Shown here: piece by piece, positions 40,360-53,671 of the stretch
Layout of the letters: each line of letters opens with the position of its first letter
How positions within the stretch are numbered: position 1 is the first letter of the stretch
Origin: Octopus vulgaris
Taxonomy: Eukaryota
Assembly (NCBI GenBank): GCA_951406725.2
Contig: OX597828.1
Location: 69,874,001 to 69,938,000, forward strand
Reading direction: 5' to 3'
Length of the DNA stretch: 64,000 nt
Translations under genes and position numbers: made by a program
Notes under the pieces: generated by a model
Database searches by the model: none
The model's input: the letters and a program-made list of their open reading frames with translations, nothing else
Told to the model about the DNA's origin: nothing

Positions 40360-40543
40360 TCATTTCTTTTGCTTGTTTCGGTCATTTGACTGCGGCCATG
40401 CTGGAGCACCACCTTTAGTCGTGCAAATCGACACCAGGACTTATTCTTTGTAAGCCAAGTACTTATTTTATTGGTCTCTTTAAGCCAAACCGCTAAGTTA
40501 CAGGGACGTAAACACCTCAATGTCGGATGTCAAGCGATGGTGG

Positions 40544-40609
<66 letters not shown>

Positions 40610-40746
40610 CGACGAGCTTCTTTCAGTTTCCGTCTACCAAATCCACTCACAGGTCTTTAATTGGCCCGAGGTAATAGAAGAAGACACTTGCCCAAGGTGC
40701 CACGCGAAACCATGTAGTTGGGGGGAAAGCTTCTTACCACATAGCC
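40360..40746 (-). mobile_element. SINE family K
   Basis: Matches 18445-18847. Confidence 0.8.
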
Positions 40747-40751
40747 TCTCT

Positions 40752-40791
<40 letters not shown>

Positions 40792-40857
40792 AATTGGGAA
40801 TGGAGTAAAGACTCCCTTCGGTCTCGAATGACCAAAGATATATATATATATAGAATG

Positions 40858-40902
<45 letters not shown>

Positions 40903-40945
40903 CACACACACATGTATGTATGTATGGATCCCTATGCATATATAA

Positions 40946-40981
<36 letters not shown>

Positions 40982-41293
40982 TTGTAAGTGAGCATGCGAT
41001 CGTGTGCATGTGTGTAGAAGTGCGTGTGTATGCAAGTGACAGTATGTTTGTGCGCATGTGTTAGTGTTTGTACCTTCGCCAATAAAAAAAAAGTACCATA
41101 CTTAAAATTCCGGGTATCATTTATTCGTTTTAACTCTAGAAGGTGGTGCTCCAGCATGGTCTCAGTCCAATGACTGAAACAAGCAAAAGAATAAAAAAAA
41201 TGTACATATATGTGTTTGCTTCTGTTGCAAAATCAGCGACTGTACATCGCTTGAAATTGTAAATATTGCAAGCAGACGCGAGCTACTGCTATC

Positions 41294-41373
41294 TCTAGCA
41301 GACGAGGTGTCCAGTGCTGAAGAGAGGCAGAAATAGCTCGAAACCAGGCCGGTCTACTGGTCCCGTCGCTAGA
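41294..41373 (+). ncRNA. Canonical full-length type I hammerhead ribozyme
   Basis: tctagc-a-gacg-aggtgt-ccagtg-CTGAAGA-gag gcagaaatag ctc-GAAA-cc aggcc gg-TC-tactgg-tcc-cgtc-gctaga. All core nucleotides are present, with a GUC site and an extended stem I carrying an internal loop. Confidence 0.85.
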
Positions 41374-41577
41374 AGGTGGTAGGGGTTCCCTCCCCTGCTC
41401 GCAATACCTCGGATGCAGCTGTGCATCGTTAACCAGCTGGAGGGGATGTCCTCTTGGGGGTTAAAAAATCGCAGTAAAGTCCGTTGGGGTTGAAGAGGCT
41501 ACGAACATTACTTGTTAGTACAACTACTGCGTTGATCTCTTAGAGACATTTTAGAACTAGCATTTTGCTCGTTGCAT

Positions 41578-41720
<143 letters not shown>

Positions 41721-41788
41721 GACAGACAGACAGAGAAAGAAAAAGAGAGATGGACTGATATGTAAGAGTGTGTGGGTGGCTGGCTGTA

Positions 41789-41857
<69 letters not shown>

Positions 41858-42397
41858 AAACCAATCCCTAGCCCAAAGTATTTCTGTTGTTCCTTATCAG
41901 AGTAATAATGTGATTGATGATGTAGAAAAATGGCGACTGTTTTCACAAAGGTTGTTCCAATGTTTTCGTGTTTTATCCACCAATCCCTGCAAGATCCGGG
42001 TTGACGAATCTGAGAAACAGGAAGAAGAAAAAAATTGAAAATTCGTTTGGTTTAAAATGTTTGACACACACCATCTTCTGGTTTTTAGTTTTACAAACAA
42101 TGACATAGCAAGGGAGATGGTTGGGGGTGGGGGGCGGTTGACACTTTGTGCATATGTCGCATGAGATTGAGAGAGGGGGAGGGAGACGGATGATGACAAA
42201 CAAAGACTGTATGAGTGAGGGACAATGAAGAGGAAGGGACACATTCGAGAAGCGAGAAAGAATGAGATGGAGAGAAGAGAGAGAGAGAAGAGAGAGAGAG
42301 AGAGAAGGGAATAAAAAGAAGAAAGTGAAAAAGAAAGAATGAATGAAAGAGATTGTATGGAGAGACAGAGACAATGAAAGGAAGCGGTAAAGATTGT

Positions 42398-42453
<56 letters not shown>

Positions 42454-42724
42454 AAGTAAGAGACGCGTATTGGTTGTATGAGAGAGAGAAAGAGAGGGAG
42501 AGACATCATGAGAAAGATAGAAAGGGAGAGAGTCTAAAAGCGAGGAAAGAGAAAGAAAGAGAGAGAGAGAGGAAATAAGAAAGACAGAATGAATAAATGA
42601 ATGAAGGCGAGGGAGAAAAAGAGAGAGAATTAGAAAGAAAGACGGATACATAATCAGAGAGAGAAAAAGAAAAAAGTGAAAGAAGCAGAGACAGGCAGAG
42701 ATTGTATAAGAGAGACCGTCACAT

Positions 42725-42771
<47 letters not shown>

Positions 42772-43392
42772 CAGAAAGAGAGAGAGAGAGAGAAAGAGAG
42801 AGCTCGTTGTGCATTGGTAGTAATCTTAATGTATCGGTGCAATTTCCACACGAGTTTTTCAGTAAGGATTGTTTTAACTCAATTCTTTTATTTTTTGAGA
42901 AAAAAATGCCAATGATCAAAGTGAAGGCCTCCAGTGAATAAAAAACCTGAAATATCAAACAGCAGAAGACATTGCAAACAAAATGACTGAAGCAGAAGAC
43001 ACATACACGTTCACATACACACATGCACACATGCACGCACACACACGCCTACACCCACACCCAAAGAGGCGCGTTCACATTCACGCATTCGTACACGCAC
43101 GTACATACACAGAAGCCTGTTTACATACATACGTACACACATACAGCTTCGTTCACATACGCTTACACATGCGTACACACACGTACAAACATAGAGACAC
43201 GTCCACATATGTACGCACGTTCTCATACTCATATTCACACAGACACACGTACACACAATGACGCATACACAATGCATATGCCTACGCACACACACACACA
43301 CACACACCAGCATATTTACACGTACAAAATAGAGAGGGAAAGAGAGTGAACGAACGAGAGAGTAAGAGAGTCGTACAAATACACACGTATAC

Positions 43393-43433
<41 letters not shown>

Positions 43434-43899
43434 TAACACACATATCCACTCACTCACATATACACATATTTTGAAACACATAATCTTGTGAATATCAGCG
43501 GCTGTAAAATGGCGGAGCAATGCAAGCGAAGGCCATTAATGAATAGTTAAAAAATACTTGACAACATTACAATTTTCATTTGTTTAAGAGAGGGAAATAG
43601 CGAAGAGTTCACGCATGGATGTGTAGATGATGTTTTGGAACAGGTAAAAGGCATGTTCGAAGTGGTTTCGCTAACTCCAGGATATTTCATATCACGTTTT
43701 GATGAGAGCTGTTCCAGTTTCAAAGATCGTTAATAGAACAATCTTTTCTAAAAAAATTTCTTTATTTAAAGTATAAAAATATACTGAGAGATATTTTAAT
43801 AAGTTGTGAACAGAGGAAATATAAATGTAACAGTGAAAAGACTAGTGGTTGCCTGTCCATATTTTCCTTGACGTTTCTTACTGTTTTCTCCCCCGACAC

Positions 43900-44144
43900 A
43901 CAGACATAGAATATATAATACCAATCCGAATAAAGACTATCCTGGGATAAGTATAGAGACCAAATCCCTGTTATTGAATACAAACACAAACGCCAACGCA
44001 AGGAATATTAAAACTTGTACCAAGTGCAAACATAAAAGACCGAATATTGTTTGGAACAGACACGAAAAAGTATGTATGTGCCGTCATAGAAATCAGCTGC
44101 TCTATTGATGTATATAACTCTTCGAAAATCAAAGAGAGAGAGAG

Positions 44145-44222
<78 letters not shown>

Positions 44223-44450
44223 ATTACAAACAACTTCAAAACCGCCATCTTCTATACCCAGATTATAAATTCACATTTCTACCAATAATAATTGGTACAC
44301 TTGGTTTTTGTAAGTAAATATCAAAGGATAATCTGGGTAAGCTAGTATTATCAGAAAAAGAAGTAAACTTACAAACACTCACATTACAAAAACTCTGTAA
44401 GTGGAACAGTAAAGATATGCAAGACTTTCCTTAAGTTCAAATTGTGGCAT
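43900..44450 (+). pseudogene. 3' relic of an RLE-type (R4/Dong/NeSL-like) non-LTR retrotransposon, split by (GA)n
   Basis: IKTCTKCKHKRPNIVWNRHEKVC..VIEISCSID (PD-(D/E)xK-like), LLYPDYKFTFLPIIIGTLGF and SGTVKICKTFLKF. Confidence 0.65.
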
Positions 44451-44779
44451 TGTTGTTCGTTATCGACATTCCAATGATGGAACTTTGTATCTTTTGTTAG
44501 AAAGTAGCTCCTTCCTTAGAGGAAGAATTCAAATAATTGAAATCAAAAGAGGGCATGCATACATACATAGATAAATACATACATACATGCATACATACAC
44601 ATATACATACATACATACACATGTACGTACGTATCTATACTTACATATGACTATGTATACTAGAAGCGTAATATATCCGAATGGTTATGATGTTCGCTTT
44701 TCAACAACGAAGTTATTCAATCTTATTTTCGACATAGATTCAATCCCATTTTCGGCAAATATTTTTATAGTTTCGTGGA

Positions 44780-44835
<56 letters not shown>

Positions 44836-44884
44836 CACACACATAAACCGTCATCTCTCTTGTCCAATCCTTCCATCCTACCCT

Positions 44885-45095
44885 CGATGCAGCATGGAAT
44901 TTTGTCAGTGAACAGGTGGCGGCTTCAAAGCGACGAAAATATTTTGACAAATTGAATTTAAATATTGAAGTGAATCTAACAGATTTTGGGTGGTTTTTAA
45001 ATGGCTTATAAACACCTTCCACGCTGCAATTGTTTTTGTTTCAGCACAAGATCTCATATCAAGTGACTTGCTATGCAAGTACATCTTCGCAATGT
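44885..45095 (+). mobile_element. Short element carrying a G3-C8 variant hammerhead (44901-44951)
   Basis: tttgtca-GTGAACA-g gtggc ggcttcaaa gcgac-GAAA-atat-TT-tgacaaa. Homologous to 49640-49966. Confidence 0.75.
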
Positions 45096-45137
45096 ATATA
45101 TAAATATGTATGTTTGTATGTATATATACATACATAC

Positions 45138-45175
<38 letters not shown>

Positions 45176-45209
45176 ATTTATGTATATATACAGATACATA
45201 CATACATAT

Positions 45210-45242
<33 letters not shown>

Positions 45243-45369
45243 ATCTTTCTCCTTCCCTGCAGGCCCCTCGAAACGTCTCTTCACTCTTGATATCAAGAGT
45301 CTATATACGGTGATCTTTGTCTATGTATATATCCCTATGTCTCTATATATATTTGCTGTATTTCGCAGT

Positions 45370-45690
45370 ATCAACCAGTCCATCAGATGCTATGGTACAT
45401 GCTATGGTCACAATGCACTTCCTGTTCTGTCTTGACTGTTCCATTCTTTTCAATTTTGTTCCAAATTACTTAACTAAATACTCTTCCCATCATTGTGGAG
45501 GCCTTCCAAATGGCCTTCTCCGATGTCTTGGATGCCACTCAGCAACTCCAGCATGGCCACCTGTTGTCTGTGAACCTTCCGTTATGTCCAACACAGTGGA
45601 ACTTGTGCTTCCGCTACTCTGCGATCACATCGTTCGCTCCACTCCGTCCTCAAACGATCTCGTTTCGAATATGACCTCGTAATGATAACC
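45370..45690 (-). pseudogene. RTE-clade LINE 3' relic
   Basis: Minus-strand VGHNGRFTDNRW...WHPRHRRRPFGRPPQ*W resembles the RTE C-terminal GHxxR..RW..W.P...R..GRP..W motif. Confidence 0.6.
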
Positions 45691-45965
45691 CTACTGGAGT
45701 CTGTTTGTTCCAGCATGGCCACAGTTCGATGACGGAACCAAGTAAAAGAATATAAGGTAAAAGATGTGTATATTTGTGTGTGTGTATTAAACTATGTATG
45801 TATGTATGTATGTATGTATGTATGTATGTATGTATGTATGTATGTATGTATGTATGTACGTACGTACGTACGTATGTATGTATGTATGTATGTATGTATG
45901 TATGTATGTATGTATGTATTTACGTACGTACGTATGTATGTATGTGCGTACATATGTATGTATGT

Positions 45966-46003
<38 letters not shown>

Positions 46004-46837
46004 TAAACTATTCTCTGCTAGTGAGACTCCACCATTTTTAAAGGTCTGGGTTTGCATTTCAGTTGATTTCCAACTTTAATAAACTTTATTGAGGATGTTA
46101 TATCTGTGAGAGATTGATAGATTAGAACTAATTAATTTGACATTAATTACAAAATTAATGAACCCAAGTAACAGAAACTTCCGTTGGCAGAAACCTGAGT
46201 AAATAGAGATACAGGAAATCTAAGATGTTAAAACTGTTGTTGTTGTTGTTTTTTAGTCCTGGGTCAGCTTTGATTGGGTAGATCTATAATAATCGGTCTT
46301 CCAGCCGTGACCATGCCATCGTGTTTTCATTTTTAGAATATAATGATTTTAAATTAAATTGCAGAGGGTACCCCCGGACACTTTTCTAATGGGAAGAGCA
46401 GGGTATTAATGTATAATTTGAAAGAGTTATTTCTAGCAGATCGATGTACCAAGGAAATGATTTCCTGCATTGATTCGTTATTAATGTGGACGTGTACTTT
46501 ATATATAAGTACATATACGTACGTAAATACACATAGACATACATACATACATAGATACATATATATGTGTGTGTGTGAGTGTGTATTCAGAGTAATAAGG
46601 TAGTCACAATGTTGGGTGATTATATGTATATATTTTTATTTATTTATTTACATGTTATTTACATTTTTAGCACTTTCTTCCGTTATCGGATTTATCAAAA
46701 AATGGTTCAGATTTAAACTTCTTGGTCTTTTAATAAAGAATTTTCTGGGGTTTGCAAACCAATGTTCTGACTAACTTATTATTCTAAATATGCAATATCT
46801 GTACATCACTTCAAAAATCTCTCTCTCTCTCTCTCTC

Positions 46838-46898
<61 letters not shown>

Positions 46899-47097
46899 AA
46901 TTAGAGATAAAACCACTATTATGCAACTCAAACATTGATAGACATAAACCAATACATAAATAACAAATGATATATATTTTTATAAAACATATAACTTATA
47001 ACTAGAGCTCAAAAAATATAAAAAGGAATGATCAATGTATAATATATTAATTAAAAAAACTACGTACGTTTCATGGCTACAATTAAATTCGAATTAC

Positions 47098-47154
<57 letters not shown>

Positions 47155-47173
47155 AATGCCTCATTCTCTTTCT

Positions 47174-47306
<133 letters not shown>

Positions 47307-47352
47307 AGTTTTGGCGGCGTTTGAAATTGTACCAATGTCTCAAAACGTGTAA

Positions 47353-47651
47353 TCTTTATATATAAAAGTAAGGTTGTGTGTCTGTCTCCTACGATTTAGA
47401 TTCCTAACTACTCCCACATTTTGCGGTGCAGTTTAACCAAAAGCGGGTATCTTATAGTCGTGATTCATATCGAGCCCTTTTGGGTATTAGCGCGCGTCTA
47501 CGATGAGTCTACGATTTAAAAAAAAATTTACCATCATTTTTTTTCCCATTTTTAATGCATTTTTTTGGCTATTTTTTGGCTATAACTCTCTAAAAATGCT
47601 TATATAGTTATTTCCCTTACAAACCCGAGCAACGCCGGGCGATACTGCTAG
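47353..47651 (+). mobile_element. Non-autonomous Helitron
   Basis: A|TCtttatatataaaag 5' end, subterminal hairpin cccgagcaacgccggg, CTAG|T 3' end and no TSD. Confidence 0.85.
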
Positions 47652-47669
47652 TCATTTAATAATTTTGTA

Positions 47670-47851
47670 ACAGGTTTATTAAAAATGCCAAACCGGTTTC
47701 GACAAACTTTTGTTCATTAATGGTAAATTTTAAGAAATGAATAAAGGATGTAGAAAAGATTAAAGTTACCAGGAAAAGTTGGAAAAACATGCTTCAAAGA
47801 TTGATAAACAAAAAATTGTCCAAACTGGTTCGGTTATTTTAATAAATCTGT
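47670..47851. mobile_element. MITE with ~45-bp imperfect TIRs
   Basis: acaggtttattaaaaatgccaaaccggtttcgacaaacttttgtt versus the reverse complement of the right end, acagatttattaaaataaccgaaccagtttggacaattttttgtt. Confidence 0.65.
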
Positions 47852-47991
47852 CAAGGTAATGCTCCAGTATGGTCGCTGTCTAACGCCTGAAACAAGTGAA
47901 AGAGATATACATAAATACACAGTCACACACACACATGTTCAATATATGTAGGTACGTATGTGCTTGTGTGTATGAGTTAACATAGTTGAGT

Positions 47992-48037
<46 letters not shown>

Positions 48038-48169
48038 GTGTGTGTGTGTGCATTTGTCTGCAAATATGGAAAACATTTCAAAAGTTTAGCCAGATCAAGA
48101 TACAAACATTTGTGTACATAGAAATAAGTCAAAACATATGGATACACACATGCCATGACATTTGTGTGT

Positions 48170-48238
<69 letters not shown>

Positions 48239-48486
48239 CGGCTACCAGGAATGCCATATTTTAAAGTTGTACTCAACACAGATGCTGAGTAGAGGGAATA
48301 TATTTATTAACAAAAGCTTACGCTTTGGTTTGACGCGCTGAGACTGACTTTGTTCCCCGTAAAACTCTCCCTAAGACTGCACAGTTAACAAATATTTACA
48401 TGTATGCATGTATGTATGTATGTATGATGTATATATGTCGATATGTATATATATATGTAAATATATATATGTATATATATATATGT

Positions 48487-48539
<53 letters not shown>

Positions 48540-48540
<1 letters not shown>

Positions 48541-48800
48541 CGGGAAGCTTTATGAAAATAAACAAAAGACGAAGGCAGGTGGAAAACAAACGAACAATTG
48601 TATTAGTATGGCGCTCAGGAAATATAAATAAAACAAGTCTTTAACGTTTCGAGCCTACGCTCTTCAACAGAAAGATACACAGAGAGAGAAAAACACAGAA
48701 AGAAGGAGAGAAAAAAATGCGTGCAGTAGCTAACGAATCAACATGGCGATCTGATTTCGGCCAGAGGTCAAAGATCAAACATGAGACGCGAGAGCGAAAT
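48540..48800 (-). mobile_element. Non-autonomous pLTR-like element with a minimal HHR variant (48638-48675)
   Basis: Minus strand tcttt-CTGTTGA-a-gagc gtag gctc-GAAA-cg-TT-aaaga. Confidence 0.6.
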
Positions 48801-48847
48801 AAGGGGAGATAATAGGGTTGATAAAAGGGTTGGGGGACCAGCTAAAA

Positions 48848-49126
48848 GTGCGTGGGAGGGGTCTGGATGTGTGTATGTATAGGGTTGGTGTATGTATTAG
48901 TATGTATAAGGGGTGTGTGTGTGTGTGTGTGTGTATGAGAGAGTATTAGTGCGTAAGATTGGTCTGGACGTGCGTATGTATGGGGTTGGTGTATGTATTA
49001 GTATGTATTAGTATGTATTAGTATGTATTGGTATGTATAGTGTGTGTGTGTGTGTGTGAGAGAGAGTATAAGTGCGTATGCGGGGTCTGGACGTGTGTAT
49101 GTATAGGGTTGGTGTAAGTATTAGTA
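48848..49126. repeat. Three ~100-120 bp tandem units
   Basis: ggtctgga(c/t)gtg(c/t)gtatgtat(a/g)gggttggtgta recurs at ~48859, ~48961 and ~49084. Confidence 0.8.
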
Positions 49127-49209
49127 TATATATATATGTATATATATATATGTAAATATATATAAATATATAAATATATATATATATATATGTATATATG
49201 TATATATTA

Positions 49210-49261
<52 letters not shown>

Positions 49262-49290
49262 TATAAATATATATGTATATATGTATATAT

Positions 49291-49338
<48 letters not shown>

Positions 49339-49581
49339 AATTTTAAGTAAACAACAAATGTCTTACAGCAGTTATTTTTATTTTTCATTTCTCCATTTTT
49401 TTGTTTACTTTAAATTTGATTCCTGATAAACTCATGTTTATCTTTGTCATTACCTGTAATTTATGAGCATAATATGCTTGCGCATATGTATGTCCAGGAT
49501 TAACATAGGTAATTATACCGGTAGTATAATGGATACTTCTATCCCTAAGACGATTATTCCAACCTCTAACTCTACTAACCT

Positions 49582-49639
<58 letters not shown>

Positions 49640-49642
<3 letters not shown>

Positions 49643-49966
49643 TACGGAGATGTACTTGCATAGCAGTGACTTGATCTGAGATCGTGTGCTGGAACGAAAA
49701 CAATTGCAGCGTGTTAGGTGTTCATAAGCCATTTAAGAAACATACAAAAACCATTACATTCACTTCAACTTTTAAATTTAATTTGTCAAAATATTTTCGT
49801 CGCTTTGAGACCGCGACCTGTTCACTGACAAAACTTCGTGCTACAGTGAACAGGTCGCGGTCTCAAAGCGACGAAAATATTTTGACAAATTAAATTTAAA
49901 TGTTGAAGTGAATGTAATGGTTTTTGTATGTTTCTTAAATGGCTTATGAACACCTTCCACGCTGCA
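49640..49966. mobile_element. Fold-back element: ~123-bp arms (49705-49827 / 49844-49966), 16-nt loop, a G3-C8 hammerhead in each arm
   Basis: Arms are near-perfect reverse complements; same family as 44885-45095. Confidence 0.85.
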
Positions 49967-49974
49967 TATATATA

Positions 49975-50640
49975 TGAATCCTCTTCGCCATTTTGTTTTC
50001 CTCTGGTGGTGCCTATCTTTTTATTATCTTCTGGAAGCAAGACAATGTCATTAGCAAAGTCCAGGTCTTTCAGTCAAGTTTGTAGTTTTCATGATATTCC
50101 TCCATCGGGTATGTCTGCTATTTTCTTTGGGACGAAATCTACAGCTAGTAAAAACAATAGTGGCAACAGACTGCAGAGTTGTCTCACTCCTCTAATGATA
50201 TCGAAGAAGACTGTTTCCCCTGTTTCTGTTTGGACACAACATCGCGAATTTGAGTAAAATTCTTTAAAGATATTGACAAAGGGTTAAAGGATATGATAGT
50301 GCAAAGCGATTCTCCACAAGGACCCCCTGTGGACACTTTCAAGTGCCTTTGTAAAGTCAATAAAAGTTAGCTTCAGTAGTCTTTGATACTCAATACACTG
50401 TTCAATAATATTTCTGAGTAGAGATTTACTCAGTGCAAAATGGATTGCTGCGAAATTCAGCTTGGGGCCTCACGAAATGCAGCTTCTTTCAGCCTGCTTA
50501 GATGCACTTTGCAGAAAACTTTACCTGGCACTCATAGCAGTATGCTACCCGACCAGTTATTGCAGTTGGATAGGTCTCACTTCTTCGTCAGTTTCATAAT
50601 GATTCCTTCTTGCCAATTCTGTGGCACCACGATGTTCCCA
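49975..50640 (-). pseudogene. RTE-clade LINE reverse transcriptase relic
   Basis: Minus strand LRNIIEQCIEYQRLLKLTFIDFTKALESVHRGSLW, GVRQLCSLLPLLF and LKDLDFANDIVLL. Confidence 0.8.
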
Positions 50641-50659
50641 CCGCCTTCGAACTTTTCTA

Positions 50660-51150
50660 CTGTGACCTCAATATACAAATCAACAACAACAGGCAAAGCG
50701 CCGAGGCTGTTGTTGGACCATTTGCATCGGCAGAGGGAACAAATGACTATGACGATGGAAGCCTACTACTTTTTCTGTTGTATGAACGTCCTCAGCATCG
50801 GAAACACAACCATAAAAACGTTCAGAAGAAAACATGGAGATCGGTAAACGGAGTCTCCCAAAACGAGATTGACTCTATATGTATCAGTCAGCGCTGGAGA
50901 TCATCATTAAGTGATGCCAGGGCACACAGAGGTACAGACATACGATCAGACCATCAACTTCTGAATGCTAGAATAAGACCGAGATTTAAAAGACTATCAA
51001 AACAGGAGAAGAGACAGCCCTATACAATGGAGAAGTTGAATAACCCCGAAACGTCAGGGCAATATCAAATATGGAGGGACAGATTCCAACAAATCTAAGA
51101 AGCAGAACTCGATCTGGAGGAACATTGGAATACCTTCACAGAAACTGTGA
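50660..51150 (+). pseudogene. RTE-clade LINE APE-endonuclease C-terminal relic (inverted relative to the adjacent RT)
   Basis: KKTWRSVNGVSQNEIDSICISQRWRSSLSDARAHRGTDIRSDHQLL (TW..NEIDY..SDH motif). Confidence 0.8.
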
Positions 51151-51183
51151 CATACATCAGATGATATATGTGTGTGTATATAT

Positions 51184-51595
51184 AATTCATAAATGAGGGC
51201 AAAGGAAAAAAATTCTAATGCCAAATATGCCGAAAAATTGGACATATTGTCCATTAACCATATATCTCATTTATTTCTTTTGCCACATGTATTACTGACG
51301 AAGAGAGGGCTCTTAGTAGCTAACTCTGAAATCGGTCCAGTATGGTAATAATGGAATTTTTTAGAAATTTCTGTCAGCCTTTTTTCGAGTAGCGTGCGTA
51401 TTGTGAAAAAATTATGTGGTTAATGGACAATATGTCCAATTTTTCGGCATATTTGGCATTAGAATTTTTTCCGTTGCCCTCATTTATGAATTGTTTATAA
51501 ATTTAACCGTTAAAGGTATTTTTTAATATGCTGGCCATTGATAAAATTTTTTTCGAGAAAATATTTTTTTTCGAAAATAATTTTATCCTCACATT

Positions 51596-51600
<5 letters not shown>
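51184..51600 (+). mobile_element. Element with ~79-bp inverted arms (51184-51263 / 51414-51492) enclosing a hammerhead motif (51288-51344)
   Basis: Arms are near-perfect reverse complements. Spacer: CTGACGA-agag...ctct-GAAA-tcgg-TC-cagtatg. (TA)n flanks. Confidence 0.75.
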
Positions 51601-51646
<46 letters not shown>

Positions 51647-51844
51647 GGAAACCAGGTATACGGTTGCTTAATACGAGTGGAATGGTCTTTCAATTTCCCC
51701 TAAGCGATTCATAAGTCGACTAAGGGATCTGCAAGGGATGCCTAGGTCATTGGAAGCCCCCTTTTTTTTTTACATTAATGGAGAGTTTGAGCGAATATTT
51801 AAGCCACAAGCATTTCATTTCTGTATGCCTGATGTTACCCACCC

Positions 51845-51931
<87 letters not shown>

Positions 51932-53454
51932 CACATGTATGTATGTATGTATGTATGTATACACATATTTAAGATTAAGAATTGGAGTATTGCAATATAT
52001 AAATGTAATGTTAAAAGATATTTGAGCCATGCTGATGCGAAATGTCTTCGCTCCAGCATTGCACTACCACATAGCACCGCATTCAACCAAACATTGTGTG
52101 TCAGAATGTACAAGCTGCTGGTTGAGCAGACGACATATTCTGGTGACAGAATCTATCTGCTGACCTTAAACTATTAAACAGCAAATGTAAATATCACAAA
52201 GAGACCCTCTGCGTGGACATGCAGTGTGGTAGAAATAGTAATGAAATATCGTTCATACCTTACTATCTTTAATAAAAGTGAAAGAAAGACATCATGACTT
52301 TTATAATCTGTGTTTATGAATGTTTGAAAAGACAGGATAGTGAAAGGCAAGAATGCTTTTGATCATAGGTCTGCTCGACCTAAGCTGACCCGGGGTTAAA
52401 CTGTCACATCCACAACAACCAGTTATAGGGTTTACCCAAATAAATAAATGACTGAAACTGTTCGCCACCAACAACAAGACCAACAATAACGACTGAAATA
52501 TTGTAAACAACATTGAATATAACAGGAAAATAAACGAACAAAAGTTTTGGGATTTTTTAAAAGCAAACAGGGAAGAGAAAAAATACGAGATAGATAGATA
52601 GATACACATAGAGAGAGGAAGAAAGAGAGAGTGTATGCGTATTTGTGTCTGACAAAAGGAACGAAAAGGGAGAAAGAGAGTGGGGGAATAAGGCAGAGAA
52701 AATGGGAGCCAGTTCCATATTTTTTGGGTGTTTATTTATTTATTTTTTTCTGTGTTCTGCCAGAAATATTTGCATTGGTTGTTCTGATTAAATAGGCAAC
52801 AACAAATAAGGGGAAGTCGTGACATTTTTACGCCACCAGCTCGTTCTTTTAAACTTCAATACTCTTTGTTTGTCTATCGTGACGGGCTTAAATATGGCGG
52901 CCGTTACGTCATACCGATCAACATTTCACCTGCAGTCGCTTTCTTGTTCTTCTTGTTCTTGTTATTGTTGTTGTTGTTGTTGTTCTTCTTCTTCTTCTTT
53001 CTTCGTCTTCTTTCTTCTTCTTCTTCTTCTTCTTCTTCTTCTTCTTCTTCTTCTTCTTCTTCTTCTATTTTCTCGCTATTTATTTGCATTAATCTACCTG
53101 TTAGGTTTAGCCATAAGACCAATATTTACCAGTCCCTAATTCCTAACTTATATCTTAGACGCCATAATGTTTAACACGAAACAGGTCACTTGTCTTCCAG
53201 TATGGGATAAAAGTGTATCTGTCGTCCAGTGGTTCTGTGATAAACATAATACACACGTTTATAAAAGTATGCAACTCTCTCTAGCAGAGTTATATTTATC
53301 TCGCACGAAACCTTTTCTTCAAAACCCGTTTAGAATTCGGGTCCGCTTTTATTCCAGTCAGTGATTCTCAAATTACTATCATTATACTTACTAAGAAACC
53401 TTTGCTATATGCGGATAACTTTTATTTTTAAGTTAATGTCGTGATCAAATATTG

Positions 53455-53520
53455 TTTGATAACATTATGGGTTCCTATGATGGAGATGATATTTGCAAAT
53501 CAATCGGACTCTATATTCTA
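53455..53520 (+). pseudogene. Tiny RT relic of a second PLE clade (Naiad/Chlamys-like motif)
   Basis: FDNIMGSYDGDDICKSIGLYIL resembles the [22 protein letters not shown]-type motif recalled for these PLEs. Confidence 0.5.
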
Positions 53521-53671
53521 ATTTTATTTCTGTGTTTCAGCCCAGCAGAGGTCGACCGTAGCTGTGAATGCTTGCTACTGTTGATACTTTTTTACTTGTA
53601 GTTCATTCATTGTCCTGTGGCCTTTCCTGCTACTCCGTCGCACACCAGCAATAACTCTCCTAACTAAGACA

